Assembly (NCBI RefSeq): GCF_964059005.1
Contig: NZ_OZ060389.1
Span: 1 to 32,000 of the forward strand
Direction of reading: 5' to 3'
DNA: 32,000 nucleotides
Source of the DNA: Buchnera aphidicola (Thelaxes suberi)
GTDB taxonomy: Bacteria > Pseudomonadota > Gammaproteobacteria > Enterobacterales > Enterobacteriaceae
The position numbers were made by a program, and so were the translations under genes. Below the pieces are notes generated by a model, which ran no database searches, was not told the DNA's origin, and saw only the letters and a program-made list of their open reading frames with translations. Below are positions 1-13,019 of this stretch, one piece after another; positions within the stretch are counted from its first letter, which is position 1; each line of letters opens with the position of its first letter.

Positions 1-258
1 ATTTTCACATATAAAAAATAAAATAATTCATTTCAACCAAATAATTTATTATTCAAGATAAGATAAATTTTTTGATAGCATTATGGTTTTGTTAAAATAA
101 AACGCTGAATAAAAAACTCACTTAATATAAGAATACTACATTAGTATATTTTAACATAATTTTTATTATATATTTTTTAATGATATTTAATTAAAAAAAT
201 AAAAAATTTTTATAAAAAATAAAATAAAAAATAAATTTTATATTATAAAGGTTATAAC

Positions 259-2145
259 ATGACAAAGTTAAATAACTTTCAAGTAATTATTATTGGAGGA
301 GGCCATGCAGGAACTGAAGCGGCGTCTGCTAGTGCTAGAATGGGTTATAAAACACTTTTATTAACTCAAAAAAAAAAAAATATTGGATGCTTATCTTGTA
401 ATCCATCTATAGGAGGTATTGGAAAAAGTCATTTAGTTAAAGAAATTGATGCTCTTGGGGGTATTATGGGATTGGCAATTGATCAATCCGGAATACAATT
501 TAAAATACTAAATACAAGAAAAGGCATTGCTGTACGATCAACTAGAGCTCAAGCAGACCGTGTACTATATTCAAAATTTGTACAACAATATTTAAAACAA
601 CATGCTAAGTTGACAATTTTAGAACAAGAAGTTAATGATATAATTATAAAAAATAACAATGTTATAGGTGTAAAAACAAAACACAATAATTTATTTTTTT
701 CTAAATCAGTTGTATTAACTACTGGTACTTTTTTAGGAGGAAAAATACATATAGGAGATAAAACTACAATAGGAGGTAGAAAAGGAGATATTTCATCTAT
801 TCCATTAGCTTTAAAATTACGAGAATTACCTTTAAAAGTAGGAAGATTAAAAACAGGAACACCTCCTAGATTAGCATTAAAAAGTATAAATTTTAAAAAT
901 TTAAAAAAACAAAACGGAGATTTTCCTCTACCTTATTTTTCTTTTTTAAAAAAAAATTGTATAAGACCAGCTCAAATTCCATGTTTTTTAACTTTTACTA
1001 ATAATGAAACACATGAAATAATATATGAAAACATAAATAAAAGCGCAATTTATAATGGTAAAATTATAGGAATTGGACCTAGATATTGTCCATCTATAGA
1101 AGATAAAGTCATGCGTTTTAAAGATAAAAATCGTCACCAAATATTTCTTGAACCTGAAGGTTTAAAATCAGAATTAATTTATCCAAATGGAATTTCTACT
1201 AGTCTACCTTTTTCTATTCAAAAAAAAATAATTCATTCAATTGAAGGATTAGAAAACGCTGAAATTGTCCAACCAGGTTATGCTGTTGAATATGATTATT
1301 TTAACCCAAAAGATCTAAAGTTAAATTTAGAAAGTAAATATATAAACGGTTTATTTTTTGCTGGTCAAATTAATGGAACAACTGGATATGAAGAAGCAGC
1401 TGCGCAAGGATTATTAGCTGGTATCAATGCAGCCCGGTTTTCAAACAACTTAGAACCATGGTTTCCTCGTAGAGATCAAGCATATTTAGGAGTCATGATT
1501 GATGATTTATGTACACAAGGCATTACAGAACCATACCGTATTTTTACTTCTAGAGCAGAATATCGGTTATCATTAAGAGAAAATAATGCTGATTTAAGAT
1601 TAACAAAAATAGGTAAAAAATTAAATCTTATTGATACAAAACGTTGGTTACGTTATATTGAAAAAATAGAAAATATTGAAAAATATCAAACCATTTTAAA
1701 AAAAAATATTTGTTTTAAAAAATCTGAAAATGCTAAAAGTATTTTTGTATTTACTACATTAAATATAAAAGAAAATATTACTTACTTTGATTTACTAAAA
1801 AGACCTGAATTGAGCATTCATACATTAATAAACTTAAATTTAATTAAAAATAAAAATTTAGATATAGAAGCATTAGAAGAATTAGAAACAAATATAAAAT
1901 ATCATGGTTATATTTTAAGACAAAAAAAAGAAATTATACGTCAAATATTATATGAAAAATCTTTATTACCTATTAATTTTGACTATAATCAAATTAAAGG
2001 ATTATCTAAAGAAGTTATATCGAAATTAAATACTTCACAGCCTTTTTCTTTAGGACAAGCATCTCGTATCGAAGGTATTACCCCTGCTGCATTATCTATT
2101 TTACTTATTTATATAAAAAATAATTTTTTTTTAAATAAATATTAA
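259..2145 (+). CDS. mnmG: tRNA uridine 5-carboxymethylaminomethyl modification enzyme MnmG (GidA)
   Basis: 628-aa ORF. It has the N-terminal FAD-binding motif VIIIGGGHAGTEAA and is collinear end to end with E. coli MnmG (629 aa, recalled). AAGG lies 7 nt upstream of the ATG. Confidence 0.96.
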   Translation: MTKLNNFQVIIIGGGHAGTEAASASARMGYKTLLLTQKKKNIGCLSCNPSIGGIGKSHLVKEIDALGGIMGLAIDQSGIQFKILNTRKGIAVRSTRAQADRVLYSKFVQQYLKQHAKLTILEQEVNDIIIKNNNVIGVKTKHNNLFFSKSVVLTTGTFLGGKIHIGDKTTIGGRKGDISSIPLALKLRELPLKVGRLKTGTPPRLALKSINFKNLKKQNGDFPLPYFSFLKKNCIRPAQIPCFLTFTNNETHEIIYENINKSAIYNGKIIGIGPRYCPSIEDKVMRFKDKNRHQIFLEPEGLKSELIYPNGISTSLPFSIQKKIIHSIEGLENAEIVQPGYAVEYDYFNPKDLKLNLESKYINGLFFAGQINGTTGYEEAAAQGLLAGINAARFSNNLEPWFPRRDQAYLGVMIDDLCTQGITEPYRIFTSRAEYRLSLRENNADLRLTKIGKKLNLIDTKRWLRYIEKIENIEKYQTILKKNICFKKSENAKSIFVFTTLNIKENITYFDLLKRPELSIHTLINLNLIKNKNLDIEALEELETNIKYHGYILRQKKEIIRQILYEKSLLPINFDYNQIKGLSKEVISKLNTSQPFSLGQASRIEGITPAALSILLIYIKNNFFLNKY

Positions 2146-2458
2146 AAATAATAAATAAAAATAATTAATGTTCCATTTAAATATTAAATTTTAAAAAATT
2201 AAAAAAACAATATATTTAATTATTAAAAATTATTTATTTTTATAAACAAAAATTATTATTATTTAATAATAAAAAATTATGCTAATTATCAGTTATCTAA
2301 ATAAACTCAATTATCAATATTAAAAAAATAAAAATTATATTTTAAATATAGATATTTATTTGTAATAAATTAAAAAAAATAAATTAAATAATTTTTATAA
2401 AAAAATATATATAAAATTTTATTAATAATTAATATATTTAACATATTAAAAATTAATA

Positions 2459-2504
2459 ATTGTTTATGATTAATAAAAATGCATTTTTATTAATCATAAA
2501 CAAT
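2459..2504. repeat. 46-bp perfect palindrome (23-bp arms, no spacer) in the mnmG-atpB spacer
   Basis: Read directly: at|tgtttatgattaataaaaatg|catttttattaatcataaaca|at. Every position pairs, including the G/C positions. It lies about 115 bp upstream of the atpB start. Confidence 0.9.
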
Positions 2505-2601
2505 GTAATATATTTATGCATTATATTTAAATAATTATGATGCTTTATTATATAAATATATAAGCTAATATTTTATAAAAATATATAAACAAATCAAATA
2601 A

Positions 2602-3435
<834 letters not shown>

Positions 3436-3479
3436 AAAATTATAACAAAAAACATAATAACTTAAAAAATTAGAGGTAA

Positions 3480-3722
<243 letters not shown>

Positions 3723-3761
3723 AAATTAAAAAAATATTAATAATATTCATACGATACGCGC

Positions 3762-3796
3762 TGCCCTTACAGTTAATATCAAAAAAAGTAAGGGCA
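3762..3796 (+). other. GC-containing hairpin in the atpE-atpF intergenic spacer (possible intra-operon attenuator or mRNA-stabilising stem)
   Basis: tgcccttac (3762-3770) pairs perfectly with gtaagggca (3788-3796). This gives 9 bp with 5 G:C pairs and a 17-nt A-rich loop. No U-tract follows immediately. Confidence 0.55.
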
Positions 3797-3842
3797 ATAA
3801 ATATTATTTATTTTAACATTAATAAAAAAGGATATACATTCT

Positions 3843-4313
3843 GTGAATTTAAATGCAACGCTAATTGGACAAACTATTTCATTTATTTTATTTGTATGGA
3901 TATGTATGAAATACATATGGCCTCCCATCATTTATATTATTAACAAAAGACAAAAAAAAATAATAGATTCTTTTGAATTAATAAAAAAAGAAAAATTAGA
4001 AATAGATATACAGAAAAAAAACATACAACAAGAAATAAAAAATGCAAAAAAAGAAGCTTTTTCTATTTTAAACAAAGCTAAAAAAAGAAAAGAACAATTA
4101 TTAAAATCCACTATTGAGCAAGCGGAAAAAGAACGAATAACAATATTAAAAGAAGCCAAATTATCAATTCAAGCAGAAAGAAAAAAAATGATCATAGAGT
4201 CAAACCAATATACTACTAAAATAGCCATACAAATTGCAGAAACAATATTAGAAAAAGCAATTAAAAAACATGGAAATAGTAATTTAATAAAAACATTAAT
4301 ATCAGATATATAA
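3843..4313 (+). CDS. atpF: F0F1 ATP synthase subunit b
   Basis: 156 aa with a GTG start, as in E. coli atpF. The N-terminus MNLNATLIGQTISFILFVWICMKYIWPP matches E. coli [28 protein letters not shown]. Confidence 0.94.
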   Translation: MNLNATLIGQTISFILFVWICMKYIWPPIIYIINKRQKKIIDSFELIKKEKLEIDIQKKNIQQEIKNAKKEAFSILNKAKKRKEQLLKSTIEQAEKERITILKEAKLSIQAERKKMIIESNQYTTKIAIQIAETILEKAIKKHGNSNLIKTLISDI

Positions 4314-4314
4314 T

Positions 4315-4869
4315 ATGAGAAAAATTATGTTATGTACATATCATAAAAATATTGCATACCCTTATGCTAAAGCAGCATATCAATTTTCTAAATCGAACAA
4401 TTGTATTCAAGAATGGAATAATATGTTTATTCTAGTTACAAAAACATTAAAAATACCAATATTTAATTCCTTATGTCATGGAATATTAGGAATAACTTAT
4501 CCTAAAACCATTTTTAATCAAATATTCGAAAAATACATAGATTGTTTTTTTAAAAATTTTATTTATATTATTATAGAAAATAAAAGATTATTTTTAATAG
4601 AATCTATTTTTTTTATTTTTAAAAATCTATGTGAAAAATTTAATAATATACAAAATATACAAATCATAGTTCCAAATAAATTATCTGAAATAGAATATAA
4701 AAATATTATTAGTCAATTAGAAAGAAAATTCTCTTCAAAAATTAATTTAACGCATAATGTTAATAAAAATATTATTGGAGGAATTATTATTAAAAAAGAA
4801 AAATTACAAATAGATAAAAGTATTAAAAATTATCTAAATCAAATTAAAAAATATTTAAAAACTAATTAA
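4315..4869 (+). CDS. atpH: F0F1 ATP synthase subunit delta
   Basis: Its operon position and the motif YPYAKAAYQFS match E. coli RPYAKAAFDFA. The start is ambiguous: ATG 4315 gives 184 aa and ATG 4327 gives 180 aa, against 177 aa in E. coli. Confidence 0.88.
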   Translation: MRKIMLCTYHKNIAYPYAKAAYQFSKSNNCIQEWNNMFILVTKTLKIPIFNSLCHGILGITYPKTIFNQIFEKYIDCFFKNFIYIIIENKRLFLIESIFFIFKNLCEKFNNIQNIQIIVPNKLSEIEYKNIISQLERKFSSKINLTHNVNKNIIGGIIIKKEKLQIDKSIKNYLNQIKKYLKTN

Positions 4870-4882
4870 ATAAGAGATAAAA

Positions 4883-6418
4883 ATGCAATTAAATTCAAAT
4901 GAAACTTTTGAAATAATAAAAAAAAGAATAAAAAATTTTAATTTTATTAATGAAAAAATTAATGAAGGAACTATAGTTTCAGTAAACGATGGAATCGTAA
5001 AAATTATCGGATTATCTGAAGTTATGCAAGGAGAAATGATCGAACTTACAGAAAATTTATATGGAATTGCATTAAATTTAGAAAAAAATATTGTTGGAGT
5101 AATAGTTTTAGGTCCTTTTGATCATTTAAAAGAAGGTATGCAAGTACGTTGTACAGGAAAAATATTAGAAATACCTGTAGGATTAAAATTTTTAGGTAGA
5201 ATTGTGAATAGTTTAGGTTGTCCAATTGACAACCAAGGAGAAATTAAAGAAGATCAGTATTCACCTGTAGAAACAGATGCGCCTGGAGTAATTGACCGTA
5301 TTTCAATTAGCGAACCTTTACAAACAGGATATAAGTGTATTGATTCAATGATTCCGATAGGAAAAGGGCAACGAGAATTAATTATTGGAGATAGACAAAC
5401 AGGAAAAACTACCTTAGCTATTGATACAATTATTAATCAAAAAAACACAGGAGTTAAATGTATATACGTTGCTATAGGTCAAAAAAATTCAACTATTATT
5501 AGTATAGTGCAAAAATTACGCCAAAATAAAGCTTTATCTAATACAATAATAGTCGTTGCATCCGCTTCAGAATCTGCTGCATTACAATATTTGTCCGCTT
5601 ATTCTGGATGTACTATGGGTGAATTTTTTAGAGATCGTGGAGAAGACGCGTTAATTGTATATGACGATCTTTCTAAACATGCAATTGCATATAGACAAAT
5701 TTCACTACTTCTAAAAAGACCACCAGGAAGGGAAGCATTTCCAGGAGATATATTTTACTTACATTCTAGATTATTAGAACGGTCTGCTAAAATCAACTGT
5801 TCTAGTATAAAAAAAAATAATAATATTAAAAAAAAAATAGGATCATTAACAGCATTACCAATTGTGGAAACACAAGCAGGAGATGTTTCATCTTTTGTAC
5901 CGACAAATATTATATCGATTACTGATGGACAGATATTTTTAGAGTCAAGCTTATTTAATTCTGGAATTCGACCTGCTATTAACCCTGGAATTTCTGTATC
6001 AAGAGTAGGAAGTGCAGCACAAACACAAATCATAAAAAAATTATCTGGGGGAATTCGTTCTGCACTAGCGCAATATAGAGAACTGGCTGCTTTTTCTCAA
6101 TTTTCATCTGATTTAGATATAATTACTAGAAAACAACTAGATTATGGAAAAAAACTCACTGAATTACTAAAACAAAAACAACATCAACCAATGAGTATTG
6201 CAGAACAAAGCATTATGTTGTTTGCAGCTTCAAAAGGATTTTTAGAAGATATAAAAGTAACTAATATTTTAATTTTTGAACAACAACTAATAGATTTTTT
6301 TAAATTAGAACATATTAATATTTTTAATATCATTAATTTAAATAAAATTTATAATGATGAAATAGAATCACAGTTTAACGAATTAATTACATATTTTAAA
6401 AAAAATGTTTTTATATAA
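4883..6418 (+). CDS. atpA: F0F1 ATP synthase subunit alpha
   Basis: 511 aa. It has the Walker A motif GDRQTGKT and long identities to E. coli AtpA, such as [34 protein letters not shown]. Confidence 0.97.
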   Translation: MQLNSNETFEIIKKRIKNFNFINEKINEGTIVSVNDGIVKIIGLSEVMQGEMIELTENLYGIALNLEKNIVGVIVLGPFDHLKEGMQVRCTGKILEIPVGLKFLGRIVNSLGCPIDNQGEIKEDQYSPVETDAPGVIDRISISEPLQTGYKCIDSMIPIGKGQRELIIGDRQTGKTTLAIDTIINQKNTGVKCIYVAIGQKNSTIISIVQKLRQNKALSNTIIVVASASESAALQYLSAYSGCTMGEFFRDRGEDALIVYDDLSKHAIAYRQISLLLKRPPGREAFPGDIFYLHSRLLERSAKINCSSIKKNNNIKKKIGSLTALPIVETQAGDVSSFVPTNIISITDGQIFLESSLFNSGIRPAINPGISVSRVGSAAQTQIIKKLSGGIRSALAQYRELAAFSQFSSDLDIITRKQLDYGKKLTELLKQKQHQPMSIAEQSIMLFAASKGFLEDIKVTNILIFEQQLIDFFKLEHINIFNIINLNKIYNDEIESQFNELITYFKKNVFI

Positions 6419-6454
6419 AAAATTTTATAATAAAAAATAAAAATAAGATGAATT

Positions 6455-7330
6455 ATGCCTATCAATATTGAGATAAAAAACAAAATTCATAGCATTGAAA
6501 ATACTCAAAAAATTACAAAAGCTATGGAAATGATTTCTATTGCCAAAATGAAAAAAACTCAATGTAAAATGGAAATAAGTAGACCTTATGCTAATATTCT
6601 AAATAAAGTAATTTCACATGTATCACAAGGATATCTAGAATATAAACATCCTTTTTTATATACAGAAAAAAAAATAAAAAAAAATGGATATATTATACTA
6701 TCGACAGATAAAGGTTTATGTGGAAGTTTAAATACTAATTTATTTAAAAAAATATTAGACATGTTCATAATTGACGCTAAAAAAAATATTTTTACTGAAA
6801 TTATACTATTAGGATCAAAAGGATCAAATTTTTTTGAATCACTTGGATATAATATTCTAGATAAAACAATAAATATAGGAGAAAACCCATCATTTTCAAC
6901 AATAATAACATTTGCTCATCCGTTAATTCAAGCATATAAAAATCAAAAAATTCAAAAATTATATATCTGTTATAATCACTTTCATAATAGATTATCTCAA
7001 CATCCTATTATTAAACAACTGTTACCTTTTCCGAAAAAACAAACAAATAATTATAAAAAAAAAATATGGGATTATATATACGAGCCTAACGCAAAATATT
7101 TATTAAATCTTCTATTAAACAGATATCTAGAATTTCAAATATATCAAAGCGTGTTAGAAAATTTAGCTTCTGAACAAGCAGCTCGAATGGTAGCAATGAA
7201 TACTGCAAATAATAATAGTACATCTATGATTAAAGATTTGCAGTTAATATACAATAAATCACGTCAATCTAACATTACTCAAGAAATTACGGAAATTATT
7301 TCAGGATCAAATGCTTTATCCAAAGAATAA
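6455..7330 (+). CDS. atpG: F0F1 ATP synthase subunit gamma
   Basis: 291 aa. The motifs TQKITKAMEMISIAKM and ENLASEQAARMVAM match E. coli AtpG. Confidence 0.95.
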   Translation: MPINIEIKNKIHSIENTQKITKAMEMISIAKMKKTQCKMEISRPYANILNKVISHVSQGYLEYKHPFLYTEKKIKKNGYIILSTDKGLCGSLNTNLFKKILDMFIIDAKKNIFTEIILLGSKGSNFFESLGYNILDKTINIGENPSFSTIITFAHPLIQAYKNQKIQKLYICYNHFHNRLSQHPIIKQLLPFPKKQTNNYKKKIWDYIYEPNAKYLLNLLLNRYLEFQIYQSVLENLASEQAARMVAMNTANNNSTSMIKDLQLIYNKSRQSNITQEITEIISGSNALSKE

Positions 7331-7370
7331 AATAAAAAAATAATACAAAGTATAAATTTTTAAAAGGTGA

Positions 7371-8786
<1,416 letters not shown>

Positions 8787-8826
8787 TATTTTTCGTTATA
8801 AAATTTAATTATTTATAAGGTTTACC

Positions 8827-9243
8827 ATGGTGTTTCATTTAGATGTTGTTAGCGCTGAACTTCAAATTTTTTCAGATCAAGTACAAAAAATACGTATACA
8901 TGGTGTAGAAGGAGAATTAACAATTTATCCTAAACATACACAATTATTAACATCGGTAAAACCAGGAGTATTATATATAAAAAATAAATCTGGTAAAAAA
9001 AAATATATGTATTTGTCTGGAGGAATACTAGAAGTACAACCTGAAATAGTAACTATATTGGCTGATACTGTTATCAATAGTAAAGATCTGAATCGTTATA
9101 AAGCTATATCGCAAAAAAATCAAGCAATAGCTTATATAAAAAATTGCGATTTACATGATAAAAATAGATCTAAAATGATAAAAAAATTATCTAAAGCGTT
9201 AGCTAAAATTAAAACTATAGAAATGATGAAATGTTCTTCATAA
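8827..9243 (+). CDS. atpC: F0F1 ATP synthase subunit epsilon
   Basis: 138 aa. The motifs HLDVVSAE and [20 protein letters not shown] match E. coli AtpC. Confidence 0.94.
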   Translation: MVFHLDVVSAELQIFSDQVQKIRIHGVEGELTIYPKHTQLLTSVKPGVLYIKNKSGKKKYMYLSGGILEVQPEIVTILADTVINSKDLNRYKAISQKNQAIAYIKNCDLHDKNRSKMIKKLSKALAKIKTIEMMKCSS

Positions 9244-9275
9244 ATAAAAAAATATTTTAATTTGTTTTCAGGGTT

Positions 9276-9307
9276 CGGCAGGTTAGATATATCATTAAAA
9301 CCTGCCG
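9276..9307. terminator. GC-rich hairpin between convergent atpC and gyrB (candidate bidirectional terminator)
   Basis: cggcaggtt (9276-9284) pairs with aacctgccg (9299-9307). This gives 9 bp with 6 G:C pairs in an otherwise AT-only spacer. There is no clean U-tract on either strand. Confidence 0.55.
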
Positions 9308-9344
9308 TATAATTAAGATAAATCATATAAATTTTTTATGTTTA

Positions 9345-11768
<2,424 letters not shown>

Positions 11769-11915
11769 TTATTAATAAAAGTTCAAAATACCTAAATTGA
11801 ATAAATGTATATTAATAGAATAAAAAAATAATTAATATTTTATCAATAAATTTAATTAATATTTATTATATTTATTTAATTTTAATTATAAATATTATAA
11901 ATATTTAAATGTCAT

Positions 11916-13019
11916 TTATAACAATAAAGGCATAACTACAAAAATATTATTTGATTGTTGATCTTCTTGAATATGAACGGAACAAACTGGTATATTAAAT
12001 GAAAAAAAAACGTATTCTTCTGTCATATTATTTAATATGTCAATAATATAATTAACATTCATATTAAATGCTATCTCTTCTTTTATAATATTAATATTAA
12101 TTATTTCTTTTGCCTTCTCTTCTTCTTCATTATTAGATCGTAACTCTAATTGATCTTTACAAAAACAAAATTTTACACTTTGAAATTTTTTATCAGATAG
12201 AATAGACACTCTTAATAATGCATTTTTTAATTGTAATGTAGGAATTTTGATTTTTATTTTAGGATATTGTAATAAAACATTATTATATTCTGGATAGTTT
12301 CCTTCAATTAATTTTGAAATAAAAACGGTATTATGTATTTTTATTCTAATATTATTTTTATTTAAAAATAATATTAATTTAATATCTCGATTATTTAGTA
12401 ACTTAATAAGTTCTAATACTCCTTTTCGAGAAATAATAACAGAATAAAAATTATACCTATTGTCTAAATGTACAGAAGAAACTGCTAATCGATGACCGTC
12501 AGTAGCTACCATTTTTAACTGATTTTCGTTAATTTCAAATAATATTCCATTTAAATAATAACGTACATCATTAATAGCCATAGCAAATTGTGTATTATGA
12601 ATCATGTTTTTAATAATAGATTGTGAAACAACAAACGTCATTTCATGATTAAACGATTTTAATAACGGAAATGAAGTCTCAGATACAATTAATAATTCAA
12701 AAACACTGTTATTAGATTTGATTAACATTTTTTTTTCATTAACATATACTTTAATAACAGAATTATTAGGAATACTTTTACAAATACTTAATAATTTTCT
12801 ACCAGAAACTATGGTAGACTTATTAATATCTTGAGAAATAATAGTAGTATAAACAGTAATTTGAGTTTCTAAATTAGTACTTGTTACTGTCATAATATTA
12901 CCGTTAACATTGATTAAAACATTTTCAAGAATAGCAATATTATGATTTTTTAATAATAAAATAGAAACTTTCTGTAAAGCTTTTAAAAAATTTTTTTGTT
13001 CTACAATAAATTTAATCAT
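11916..13019 (-). CDS. dnaN: DNA polymerase III beta sliding clamp
   Basis: 367 aa, against 366 in E. coli, and collinear with it (for example VATDGHRLA and the MPLLL C-terminus). recF, which separates dnaN and gyrB in E. coli, is absent; the spacer is 162 bp. Confidence 0.95.
   Translation of the reverse strand: MIKFIVEQKNFLKALQKVSILLLKNHNIAILENVLINVNGNIMTVTSTNLETQITVYTTIISQDINKSTIVSGRKLLSICKSIPNNSVIKVYVNEKKMLIKSNNSVFELLIVSETSFPLLKSFNHEMTFVVSQSIIKNMIHNTQFAMAINDVRYYLNGILFEINENQLKMVATDGHRLAVSSVHLDNRYNFYSVIISRKGVLELIKLLNNRDIKLILFLNKNNIRIKIHNTVFISKLIEGNYPEYNNVLLQYPKIKIKIPTLQLKNALLRVSILSDKKFQSVKFCFCKDQLELRSNNEEEEKAKEIININIIKEEIAFNMNVNYIIDILNNMTEEYVFFSFNIPVCSVHIQEDQQSNNIFVVMPLLL

Noticed and set aside
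3932-6768. Antisense ORFs 3932-4159 (75 aa), 5755-6033 (92 aa) and 6586-6768 (60 aa), lying inside atpF, atpA and atpG.
   Set aside because: They are fully embedded opposite strongly conserved ATP synthase genes. Their sequences are low-complexity (F/I/S/C-rich) with no recognisable motifs. These are typical shadow ORFs.
9132-9326. A 64-aa minus-strand ORF overlapping the 3' end of atpC and the atpC-gyrB hairpin.
   Set aside because: It overlaps a conserved gene and a terminator-like stem, resembles nothing I recognise, and has no SD.
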